A DNA stretch of 64,000 nucleotides from the NCBI GenBank assembly GCA_964605735.1, contig CAZSDS010000001.1:340813-404812 (forward strand). The letters run 5' to 3'. Source of the DNA: an uncultured Candidatus Saccharibacteria bacterium (GTDB lineage Bacteria > Patescibacteriota > Doudnabacteria > UBA920 > O2-02-FULL-48-8). Positions within the stretch are counted from its first letter, which is position 1, and every line of letters starts with the position of its first letter. The position numbers and the translations under genes are program-made. This document shows, piece after piece, positions 38,404-46,895 of this stretch. The notes under the pieces are model-generated. The model was not told where the DNA came from, did no database searches, and worked only from the letters and a program-made list of their open reading frames with translations.

Positions 38404-39945
38404 ATGCAACAATTACTTTCAAAACTGCTCAACAATTTCACAATGTACCAGGTCGCGCTGTACGCCCTGCGGGGTTTTATTGGCACGGCTGTGGTTTTAA
38501 GCTTATTTGGGGTGCTAGATTACACTTGGTGGCACATAGTCGGCAACCTGATTTTGTTTATAGTATTCTGTGTCGCCAGCAACTACTTGCTGGCAAAACT
38601 GTTTAAAGTCAAGACCAATTACGAATCGCAATTTATTACTGCTGAAATTCTGACTGTAATAGTCGGCCCGCTCAACCCATTTGCCTGGTGGTGGGCAATT
38701 TTCTTGATCTCCTTCCTGGCAATGGCCAGCAAATATGTTTTGGTTTACAAGCAGCGCCACATTTTTAATCCGGCGGCGTTTGGCATATTCGCCTCAGCCC
38801 TGCTTATTGAACAAGGCGCATCCTGGTGGATTGGCGGACGCTACATGTTGCCCTTTGTGATTCTGGGCGGTATTCTGATTCTGCAAAAACTGCGCTGGTT
38901 CCATTTGGCAATTTCATTCCTGCTGACTTATTTTGCGGCGCTGGTCATAACTTTGTTTTTGCAAGGCGCAGACAACAGCATTATCCTTCAGTCGCTGCAG
39001 ACAACAGTGCTGGATTCCGCGCTCATCTTCTTTGTAACCGTTATGCTGATTGAACCTCTGACAGCCCCGCGCAGCACTAATCGCCGCATTGCTTACGGCG
39101 TGATCATCGCCCTCTTTATTATCCTGCACCAAACGTACTGGCCGCCTGAATGGCCAACATACGCTTACAGCTTTGAAACCGGACTTCTCTTTGGGAACCT
39201 GGTCGCTTTCCTGGCAGGCAGAAAAGATGAAAGACAGACCCTGAAGCTGGTTCAGAAAAAGGCTGAAAACTCAGACACCTTCAGCTTCTGGTTTGAACCT
39301 TTGCGCAAATTCGATTTTGTGCCTGGTCAGTACCTGGAATGGATGCTGGTCCATGACAAGCATGACAGCCGCGGAGTCAGAAGATTTTTCACTATTTCCG
39401 CGGCTCCAAGCGAGCAGTACTTGAGGCTGATCACTCGCTTTTATCCAAACCCAAGCACTTACAAACAGGCGTTGATGAACATGAAACCTGGGGATGAAAT
39501 TGTTGTCTCCCGACTTGAAGGTGAATTTGTTCTGCCGAATGAGGCTGGAAAAAAATTAGCTTTCATTGCAGGCGGCGTTGGCATAGCCCCTTTCTTAAGC
39601 TTCTTTAAACACCTGACTGACACAAAACAAAAACGCGACATAGTCATGCTTTATGCAAACAAAACTCCTGGCGACATCGCGTTTGCCGAAGAAATTGACT
39701 CAGCCAAAGCAGTCGGGGTCAAAAACTTCCACGTGGTAACTGAACCGGATTCAAACTGGACCGGCTTATCCGGATTTATAACAGACGATATGGTCAAAGA
39801 ACAGATTCCTGACTGGAAGGATCGAACCTTTTATCTTTCAGGACCTGAACCAATGGTTTTGAGTTACGAAAAACTATTAAAAGGAATTGGACTGCCGTCC
39901 AGCCAAATCAAAAGAGATTTCTTCCCAGGCTACCAACCGCAGTAA
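38404..39945 (+). CDS. RnfD/NqrB-like membrane domain fused to an FNR-type FAD/NAD(P) oxidoreductase
   Basis: SKY...RHIFNPAA, VMLIEPLT; RFFTISA, AGGVGIAPF, YLSGP and DFFPGY motifs. Confidence 0.85.
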   Translation: MQQLLSKLLNNFTMYQVALYALRGFIGTAVVLSLFGVLDYTWWHIVGNLILFIVFCVASNYLLAKLFKVKTNYESQFITAEILTVIVGPLNPFAWWWAIFLISFLAMASKYVLVYKQRHIFNPAAFGIFASALLIEQGASWWIGGRYMLPFVILGGILILQKLRWFHLAISFLLTYFAALVITLFLQGADNSIILQSLQTTVLDSALIFFVTVMLIEPLTAPRSTNRRIAYGVIIALFIILHQTYWPPEWPTYAYSFETGLLFGNLVAFLAGRKDERQTLKLVQKKAENSDTFSFWFEPLRKFDFVPGQYLEWMLVHDKHDSRGVRRFFTISAAPSEQYLRLITRFYPNPSTYKQALMNMKPGDEIVVSRLEGEFVLPNEAGKKLAFIAGGVGIAPFLSFFKHLTDTKQKRDIVMLYANKTPGDIAFAEEIDSAKAVGVKNFHVVTEPDSNWTGLSGFITDDMVKEQIPDWKDRTFYLSGPEPMVLSYEKLLKGIGLPSSQIKRDFFPGYQPQ

Positions 39946-42426
39946 CTATAATTCGATATTCCAATTTACGTTTCTGTCCAGCAGTTGCAACATCTGGCCT
40001 TGAGGGATCGGCGGGCTGAACAAATAGCCTTGTGCTTTGTCACACTCCCTATCTTTAAGGAAACGAAGCTGGTCATAGCGCTCGACTCCCTCTGCGGTCA
40101 CCAACACCCCCAAACTGCGCGAGAGATTGATCACGGCATTGGCAATTGCCGTGTCTTTTTCTTTCATGGGAATCCCCTTCATGAACGAATGCGAAACTTT
40201 CAAACTGTGAACCGGAAACTTCTTCACGTAATCAAGTGACGAATGGCCAGTGGTGAAATCGTCGATCGCAAATTTTATCCCATCTTTCCTGAGCTGAACC
40301 ATCATGTTGTAAAGGTTGTGTGAATTCTCCACCAAAACGCTTTCTGTAAGCTCAAATTCCAACCGCTTTGGGTCAAACTCACATTCCGCCAAAATCTTTC
40401 TGATGTTTCTGATCAAATGCCTCTGCCGTAACTGTCTTGCCGACAAATTGACTGACAAATCTAGCATATGGCCGTACCTTTCCCAGGTTTTTACATCCAG
40501 GCATGCCTGGCGCAATACCCACTCGCCGATCGGCTGAATCAGTCCGGTGGTCTCGGCTATTGGGATAAACTCATCCGGGAAAGTCAGGCCAAGCTCCGGG
40601 TGCATCCATCTGATCAAGGCTTCCACCTGCACAATCCTTCCGGTTGGAATGTCGATTTGCGGAATGTAATAAACAAGGAATTCATTGTTCTCCAGTGCCT
40701 TTCGCAAAGTGTTTTCCATGGCCAATTGCTGGAAAGTGGTCGCGTTCATGGATGGGTTGTAGTACTGGAAGTTGTTGCGGCCCATTTCTTTGGCGCGGTA
40801 CAAAGCTGAATCAGCGTTCTTCATAAGCGAAGACACATCGGTCCCGTCATATGGATAAACTGAAATCCCAATGCTTGGCGTGATATAAAGTTCGTGGGTA
40901 TCAAGCCTGAACGCGGGCTTAAGCGCTTCCAGGATTCTGGAGCATGCCTGGCCTATCTCTTCTTCGCGGACAATGCCGCCCAGGATAATGCCGTATTCAT
41001 CTCCGCCAAGACGCGCCAGCATATCCGTATCATCCAAACAGCTGGCCAGCCTTAAACTGACCTCCTGAATCAGCCGGTCGCCAATGGAATGCCCCAGCGA
41101 TTCATTAATCATCTTAAACCGGTCAAGGTCAATTATCATTGTGCCGAACAACTTATCCTGTTTTTCCTCCAGCAGATTCCCTAATCTTTCTGTAAAATAA
41201 TTGCGGTTCGGCAAATCAGTCAGGCTGTCATGATAATGGCTGTATTGGGCTCTTTCTTCTGCAGCTTTCCTTTCAGTTATGTCACGGAAATTGACGACAA
41301 TTGCTTTGACATTGGCATCATGCAAAAGATTTGTGCTGGAAGTTTCCACCCACCTCCAAACACCGTCCGCGTGCCTGATTCGCATTTCATGGACTGTAGT
41401 ATCGCCTGGAGTAGCCAGCAGTTTTGCGAACTCCTCCATGACGTAGTTAATGTCAGCCGGATGGACATAATCAAATCCGTTTCGGGTGCCGAATTCAACG
41501 GTGTCATAACCCAGCACCCGCGTAATGGACGGGCTGGAATAGATAACCGTTCCTTTTGCGTCAATCAGGGCAATAACATCAGAGCTTTTTTCAATCAAAG
41601 CCCGGAATCTGGCTTCATGGCTTTTCAGCTTTTCCTCGGATTTTTTTTCTTCTGTAATATCCCTGATTTCCAAAACCGCACCAACCAGCTCGCCTTCATT
41701 TACTATCGGGCTGGACGAGCACAAACTATAAAAAAACTCGCCATTTTTTCTGATGTAAACACTCTCATGGTCTCTAACCGGTTTCATTTCAGCCAACGCC
41801 CTGTCAACCTTGCATTCATCCTGGGGAAAAGGACTGCCGTCAGGCTTTGTATGGTGAATCACCTCATGCAGACTCTTGCCTCTGACACTATCCAATGAAT
41901 GCCCAATCATTTTCTCCGCCGCCGGATTCATAAACGTGACGCAATTTTTGGCATCCATCAAAAACAAGCCGACAGTGGTGTTGTCAGTTATGCTTTTAAT
42001 TAAATAATTTTGGTGTTCCAGGGAAGAAATTTCCCTGACAGTGTCAGTAACGTCAATGCAGGAACCAATATACCCCACGAACTCTCCTCCTGGCAGGTAA
42101 AGTGGCGAACCGTTTTCCATAAACCAGCGGTAGCGTCCATCATGGCGGCGCAGGCGGTACTTCAACCCAAATTCTTTCCTTCGATCAAAATTTTCCGTAT
42201 AAACCTTCAAACACCTTTCCACGTCTTCCGGATACATGCTGTCCACCCATCCGTAGCCAAGTTCCTGCTCCATTTCCCTGCCGGTGAACTCAAGCCAGCG
42301 CTTGTTGAAGAACGTGCAATTTTTGCTTGTGTCAGACATCCAGACCAAAACCGGAGCACTGTCAGCCATCGCCTGGAAAAGCGAGAGCGCATCAGATAAT
42401 TTTTGTTTCTGCAGTTCTTTATTCAT
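39946..42426 (-). CDS. 3xPAS-GGDEF-EAL c-di-GMP turnover protein
   Basis: Three PAS/PAC repeats; DSLTDLPNR, RLGGDEY, EALIRW and DDFTTGHSSL motifs. Confidence 0.95.
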   Translation of the reverse strand: MNKELQKQKLSDALSLFQAMADSAPVLVWMSDTSKNCTFFNKRWLEFTGREMEQELGYGWVDSMYPEDVERCLKVYTENFDRRKEFGLKYRLRRHDGRYRWFMENGSPLYLPGGEFVGYIGSCIDVTDTVREISSLEHQNYLIKSITDNTTVGLFLMDAKNCVTFMNPAAEKMIGHSLDSVRGKSLHEVIHHTKPDGSPFPQDECKVDRALAEMKPVRDHESVYIRKNGEFFYSLCSSSPIVNEGELVGAVLEIRDITEEKKSEEKLKSHEARFRALIEKSSDVIALIDAKGTVIYSSPSITRVLGYDTVEFGTRNGFDYVHPADINYVMEEFAKLLATPGDTTVHEMRIRHADGVWRWVETSSTNLLHDANVKAIVVNFRDITERKAAEERAQYSHYHDSLTDLPNRNYFTERLGNLLEEKQDKLFGTMIIDLDRFKMINESLGHSIGDRLIQEVSLRLASCLDDTDMLARLGGDEYGIILGGIVREEEIGQACSRILEALKPAFRLDTHELYITPSIGISVYPYDGTDVSSLMKNADSALYRAKEMGRNNFQYYNPSMNATTFQQLAMENTLRKALENNEFLVYYIPQIDIPTGRIVQVEALIRWMHPELGLTFPDEFIPIAETTGLIQPIGEWVLRQACLDVKTWERYGHMLDLSVNLSARQLRQRHLIRNIRKILAECEFDPKRLEFELTESVLVENSHNLYNMMVQLRKDGIKFAIDDFTTGHSSLDYVKKFPVHSLKVSHSFMKGIPMKEKDTAIANAVINLSRSLGVLVTAEGVERYDQLRFLKDRECDKAQGYLFSPPIPQGQMLQLLDRNVNWNIEL

Positions 42427-42556
42427 GCTAAAGCAATTCTCCTGTGCGTAAATTCACATCATTTATAATAATACCCGCTAATCCCATGCAAACCTTACTG
42501 TACCTTTGCACTAAAAAACTCCCGCATAGCTAAAACGCTTTGGGAGTTTTGTATAA

Positions 42557-42985
42557 TCAGTTTAACTGGGATGTACAAGACGGACAGCGGGTCGCCTGAA
42601 GATTGATCGGAGTGAAACAATATGGGCAACTTTTTGTGTTTGGAGCTGGTTTTGGTTTGTTCCTAAACTTGTTAATCTGCCTGACCATCAGGAATATAAC
42701 AAAAGCTATAATCAGGAAATTAATGGTCGCGTTTATGAACAGCCCGTAGTTGAGGGTGGGGACGCCCGCCTGCTTTGCTTCTGCCAGTGTGCTATAAACT
42801 CCGCTCCCGAGATTAAAAAACAAATTGCTAAAATCCACCTTTCCAACAATTACCCCAAGCGGCGGCATGACCACATCATTAACCAGCGAATCCACAATTT
42901 TCCCGAATGCCGCACCGATTATGACACCTACAGCCAAATCAATGGCATTTCCTTTTACGGCAAATTCTTTAAATTCTTTCAGCAT
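42557..42985 (-). CDS. mscL: large-conductance mechanosensitive channel with C-terminal CxxC...CxxC ribbon
   Basis: [21 protein letters not shown] and CPYC...CPSC motifs. Confidence 0.96.
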   Translation of the reverse strand: MLKEFKEFAVKGNAIDLAVGVIIGAAFGKIVDSLVNDVVMPPLGVIVGKVDFSNLFFNLGSGVYSTLAEAKQAGVPTLNYGLFINATINFLIIAFVIFLMVRQINKFRNKPKPAPNTKSCPYCFTPINLQATRCPSCTSQLN

Positions 42986-43111
42986 ATAAACTCCTTAATA
43001 TCCCAACCATTTTAACCTGTTTTGTTTGAGGTGGCAACGGCAGAAAACAAAAACTGCCAGACAAATAGTCAGGCAGTTCCCGCGAATGCAGTGTCTCAGT
43101 GTCTAAAGTAG

Positions 43112-43510
43112 TTAGAACCGCGGACCTGTGCCCATGTTTGTGGTGTTCATAGGCGCTGGTGCAGAAGATTTGCTGGCAAAGCCTGCATAAAGCAGCAACA
43201 GAGTCAAGCCAACGTGCAACCAGTTATCCGCGTTGTTGATCTCCATCAAACCAAGCAGTTTCTCATCCGTGCCCGTGATAAAGCCGAGCACGGCCACTAA
43301 CAAATAAATCACACCGAATATCCTGGCGTAGGTTCTTGCTGAGGATTCGCCCATTGCAGCCATAGCCAAAGCTACAAGCCCTGAAAGCAAGTGGACGATG
43401 TTGTGGACTGCGTCAACTTCAAAGATCCCAAGAACCGGGTCATTGAAGAATCCCAAAACACCAACCACCACAAAAACCACACCCAAGATCATTACGATTG
43501 TTTTTGCCAT
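43112..43510 (-). CDS. DUF4383-like membrane protein
   Basis: HNIVHLLSG and ADNWLH motifs; 4 TM. Confidence 0.8.
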   Translation of the reverse strand: MAKTIVMILGVVFVVVGVLGFFNDPVLGIFEVDAVHNIVHLLSGLVALAMAAMGESSARTYARIFGVIYLLVAVLGFITGTDEKLLGLMEINNADNWLHVGLTLLLLYAGFASKSSAPAPMNTTNMGTGPRF

Positions 43511-43705
43511 ATTTTTCTAAATTAGTTTAGTAAATACGACCTTTAATGCTTATATTCAGTATATCTGAGAATAAAACGCCAGCAAATCTTTTATCCACAG
43601 CTAGACTGGATACGTTATTATTGTCGAACGCGAGCTAAAAACTGGCAATTAGCAATTTAAACAAAATAAAAAGCCCGCGGGTGAAAGATCCGTGGGCTAT
43701 GTCTC

Positions 43706-43966
43706 TTACGCGGTGCTTGTGCGTCTTGCCTGGCTGAGCGCAGTCAGTCTGGCAAGTATCTCCTGGGAGCGTTTTTGGTCGCTTTCCTTGAGGTTCCGGA
43801 GACGCTCAATATCAACCTGGTTCGTGGCCTGGAGGTCGCTGATGCGCGACTCCAAGTGAGTTCTGTAATTCTTGGGAAGACCATCCTTTTTGGCTTTCTC
43901 CAGCTGGCGCTGAAGTTTTTGAATTTCCCTGGTGCGATCTTCAATCGCATGCTCAAGCCGCGGCAT
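43706..43966 (-). CDS. orphan coiled-coil protein (cassette 1)
   Basis: AAAGGAGG SD; terminator agcccacgg/ccgcgggct at 43669-43698. Confidence 0.75.
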   Translation of the reverse strand: MPRLEHAIEDRTREIQKLQRQLEKAKKDGLPKNYRTHLESRISDLQATNQVDIERLRNLKESDQKRSQEILARLTALSQARRTSTA

Positions 43967-44060
43967 AAGCTTTCCTCCTTTCTGTAACGTTGTGTGGATC
44001 TATCCATCAAAAAACCGACCATCTGGCCGGGTCTTCATAGGATCTGTTTCTATCTGGAAC

Positions 44061-44174
44061 TTACCTTTTCCTATTTGAACCCGCGCGGACAGGGACCATG
44101 GCAAAGTAGCCGAGGACCATGCGAATAGTCCAGGTGCACTTGGCAATGAGTTGGTTCAAATGAAGAAAATTCAT
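44061..44174 (-). CDS. putative 37-aa leader peptide (uORF)
   Basis: MNFLHLNQLIAKCTWTIRMVLGYFAMVPVRAGSNRKR* between promoter TTGACC(44226)-18-TATAAT and terminator 44009-44030. Confidence 0.35.
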   Translation of the reverse strand: MNFLHLNQLIAKCTWTIRMVLGYFAMVPVRAGSNRKR

Positions 44175-44277
44175 ATGTGTTGTTAACACCTCTGCAATTA
44201 TATCATCTGGCAAATAACCGGGTCAAATTGCCAATAAAAAAGCTGACGATAACCGTCTCGTCAGCAAAATAGTTTGA

Positions 44278-44472
44278 TCAGTCTCCCCAGGACCACAGTG
44301 GCCTGCATTTTCCCGGATCAGGGTGCAAAAAAAGCATGCAGCAGGGCCCCAGGGCGAGCACATGGGGATAAGCCACCAGCCCGCAGGAACAACACCTAAC
44401 CTTCCCGTCCTTGGTAGGTGCAGTTTTTTCATGCGTCCCAATCGCAGTTCCCGAAATCTGATCAGTCTTCAT
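44278..44472 (-). CDS. orphan Cys-rich 64-aa protein (cassette 2)
   Basis: AAGGAGG SD; RCCSCG...CCM..H....KC; terminator gctgacga/tcgtcagc at about 44236-44265. Confidence 0.65.
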   Translation of the reverse strand: MKTDQISGTAIGTHEKTAPTKDGKVRCCSCGLVAYPHVLALGPCCMLFLHPDPGKCRPLWSWGD

Positions 44473-44552
44473 TCTACCCTCCTTAACAAACAAAAAACCG
44501 GCTTTTGGCCGGACTGTTCAATGTGCACTTGGCAACAGAAAATCAGCCGACC

Positions 44553-44603
44553 TTAGTCGGTAAAATAAAACCAGAAATGATTCTGAGAAATAACTGATTT
44601 CAT
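44553..44603 (-). CDS. putative 16-aa aromatic-rich leader peptide (uORF)
   Basis: MKSVISQNHFWFYFTD* starts 9 nt after the TATAAT of TTGACT(44642)-18-TATAAT. Confidence 0.35.
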   Translation of the reverse strand: MKSVISQNHFWFYFTD

Positions 44604-44705
44604 GTTGCTCTAATTATACATGAAGCAAATAAATCCAGTCAATCTTTGCGTTGGCAAGAAAAAGACCAAGCCAGGGCTTGGTCTGAAAGGAAGATGCGCG
44701 GGGCA

Positions 44706-44885
44706 TCAGTAGTCGTCGCCACCCGCGAGGGTGAGAGGCTTTTTAGCCGGGAGCTTTGGTTCGTCTGCCGGTGCAACTGGCGGGACGGGTTTCTGCTGCG
44801 GCTGTTCGTCCGCCGACTGAGGAACCTGATCCGCCCTGTCTTCATGCCTTGGGTTCAAGGCATGGAGAAAAGAAGCATGATACAT
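44706..44885 (-). CDS. orphan 59-aa Pro/Gln-rich disordered protein (cassette 3; not in ORF track)
   Basis: AAGGGGGT SD; MYHASFLHALNPRHED...LAGGDDY*; promoter TGGACA-17-TAGAAT inside the parB 3' end; terminator agaccaagcc/ggcttggtct. Confidence 0.65.
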   Translation of the reverse strand: MYHASFLHALNPRHEDRADQVPQSADEQPQQKPVPPVAPADEPKLPAKKPLTLAGGDDY

Positions 44886-44910
44886 TGCTTACCCCCTTGA
44901 TTGAGCCATT

Positions 44911-45876
44911 CTACTCGAGTTTGTGCATCTTGTCCAGGAAGGAATTCAGCTCTTCCTGGGAGAAAAATTCGATGGTAATTTTACCTGACTCTCCATTCTT
45001 TTGAACGCGAACCTTGGTCCCTAATTTCCCCCGCAATTCAGATTCAATAGCCTGCAGTTCAGGGTCGGAGTTGGGGCGCTGACCTTTAATTTGCTTAGGC
45101 CTTTCCATGATCTCACGAACCCGGTCCTCCACTTGCCTGACTGTCAGGTTCTCTGCTTTTATCATGTCGAACATAGCCAGCTGTTTTTCCATCCCAATCA
45201 ATCCCAAGATGGCCCGGCCGTGTCCTTCGCTGATCTCTGCTTCCGCAATTGCCCTCTGAATTTTCAATGGCAAATTCAGCAAACGAATCATGTTTGTGAC
45301 TGTGGTGCGGCCTTTACCGACTTTCTTGGCAACTTCTTCTTGAGTAAGTTTATACTGGTCAATCAACTGCTGGTAAGCCTGGGCCTCTTCAATCGGATCC
45401 AGGTTATGACGCTGTATGTTTTCGATCAACGCAAGCTCGAGCTTCTGCTGTTCTTCCATTGCATCGCGGACAATTGCCGGGACTTTTGTCAGGCCGGCTA
45501 ATTGCGAAGCGCGCCAGCGCCGTTCACCCACAATGATCTGGTAATTGTCGTCTTTGGTTGGAACAACTACAAGCGGCTGTAAAATGCCATGCTCTTTGAT
45601 GGAATTAGCCAGCTCCTGCAAATATTCTTCTTTGAAAACTTTGCGGGGCTGCCATGGATTTGGCTGGATCTTACTGACTTCAATTTCAGTAAGATTCTGG
45701 CCGGCTGGAGAGGCTGGCTGTGGAGTTGTCGCTGGCTGGTGGATTGGCTCAGGTGAGCTGATTGTCGGTGTTGGGGCAGGAGTTGTGCTTTGTGTTTCGT
45801 CCATATTAAGAGAGCCTTTTAGGCTTTGATAAGGCTGTAATTCTAAATCATCTTGTAAATCACTGGCGTCTGGCAT
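44911..45876 (-). CDS. parB: ParB/Spo0J partition protein
   Basis: PNPWQPR, GILQP, GERRWRA, ENIQR motifs and an HTH; start 45876 or 45804. Confidence 0.95.
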   Translation of the reverse strand: MPDASDLQDDLELQPYQSLKGSLNMDETQSTTPAPTPTISSPEPIHQPATTPQPASPAGQNLTEIEVSKIQPNPWQPRKVFKEEYLQELANSIKEHGILQPLVVVPTKDDNYQIIVGERRWRASQLAGLTKVPAIVRDAMEEQQKLELALIENIQRHNLDPIEEAQAYQQLIDQYKLTQEEVAKKVGKGRTTVTNMIRLLNLPLKIQRAIAEAEISEGHGRAILGLIGMEKQLAMFDMIKAENLTVRQVEDRVREIMERPKQIKGQRPNSDPELQAIESELRGKLGTKVRVQKNGESGKITIEFFSQEELNSFLDKMHKLE

Positions 45877-45970
45877 AAACTTTCCATCCGTTCTATATGC
45901 AAAAATTCTATCAGAATATTAGTAGTTGGACAAATAAATAAAAATTCTAAGACAATAGACCTTTTGCCAT

Positions 45971-46093
45971 CGCCGTAACGATTTGTCCTGAAGGAGGCTG
46001 TCGCAGTCCGCCAGAAGGCGGACGAGACGGAGCAGAAAATTTAACGCGAGTTAAATTTTACTGCGTACTCCTGAAGGGTAAATCGTGCAGGCG
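45971..46093. repeat. REP/MITE-like multi-hairpin element
   Basis: Outer acgattt/aaatcgt with inner gtccgcc-agaa-ggcggac and aaaatttaac-gcga-gttaaatttt. Confidence 0.6.
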
Positions 46094-46131
46094 TCAAAAA
46101 AAAGTACCCTTAGGTACTTGGAATTTTTTTA

Positions 46132-46147
46132 TTGGTGCCGCTGGACG
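46132..46147 (-). repeat. direct repeat of the tRNA-Leu 3' end (att-like)
   Basis: ttggtgccgctggacg is identical to 46287-46302. Confidence 0.8.
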
Positions 46148-46287
46148 TTTGATCGGCGTTCGGTGTCGTCCTGTGTTAATAATCAAAATCTATTTGCAAA
46201 TCCATCAGGACTAACCTCACTTCTGCCCGTTCGATCATTTTTATTGCACCAAAAAAACATCCAATTCGGATGCTTTAGATGTTTTTT

Positions 46288-46374
46288 TGGTGCCGCTGGA
46301 CGGAGTCGAACCGTCATGAGCGTAAGCCCACACGATTTTGAGTCGTGCGTGTCTGCCAGTTCCACCACAGCGGC
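46288..46374 (-). tRNA. tRNA-Leu(CAA)
   Basis: GCCGCTG acceptor stem, anticodon arm cacga-CTCAAAA-tcgtg, long variable arm, GGTTCGACT, encoded CCA. Confidence 0.96.
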
Positions 46375-46388
46375 ATTACCGACATATT

Positions 46389-46895
46389 CTAAACTATTTT
46401 CAGCTTTTTGAAAAGTCTGGCTATTAGAACCGCCACGATAACCGCGATCAGGAAACTGCCCAGAATATCGGTTGGATAATGAACCCCAACATAAATACGT
46501 GCCAGGGACCCAACCACTGCCAGGGCAAAAAACGGCCAGAACAGCTTGGTTTTCCAAAAAGCAAAGGCCAAACTGAAATATATAACCGTATGGCCTGAAG
46601 GAAAGGACATCATCAAATCTTCCGGGACCAGGTTCTTTATGTCCATAACTTCGAACGGCCGCGGCCTGGACACCACCCGCTTGATAATCTCAACAATGAT
46701 TAGTCGAGAAAAAACCACGTTCCCTATCGCCAGCAGAACATTCTGCCGGTATCCTTGCACAAACCAAAGCAACAAAACAACCACGCCAAAAACAAACATG
46801 AAATGATCAGCAAAAAACACGCCAATCTGGTCAGCAATGCCGGATTCCCCAGACAAGCCGTGAATCCAGGAAAATATTCGTACGTCTAAATTCAT
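46389..46895 (-). CDS. PAP2-family phosphatase (undecaprenyl pyrophosphate phosphatase-like)
   Basis: K....RPRP, SFPSGH and RIYVGVHYPTD motifs. Confidence 0.92.
   Translation of the reverse strand: MNLDVRIFSWIHGLSGESGIADQIGVFFADHFMFVFGVVVLLLWFVQGYRQNVLLAIGNVVFSRLIIVEIIKRVVSRPRPFEVMDIKNLVPEDLMMSFPSGHTVIYFSLAFAFWKTKLFWPFFALAVVGSLARIYVGVHYPTDILGSFLIAVIVAVLIARLFKKLKIV

Noticed and set aside
42557-42640. MscL C-terminal zinc-ribbon as a novelty
   Set aside because: This extension is already familiar from MscL in various bacteria.
44639-44845. 68-aa Arg-rich ORF from the track
   Set aside because: It runs through a terminator and lacks an SD. The other frame (44706-44885) has an SD, promoter and terminator.
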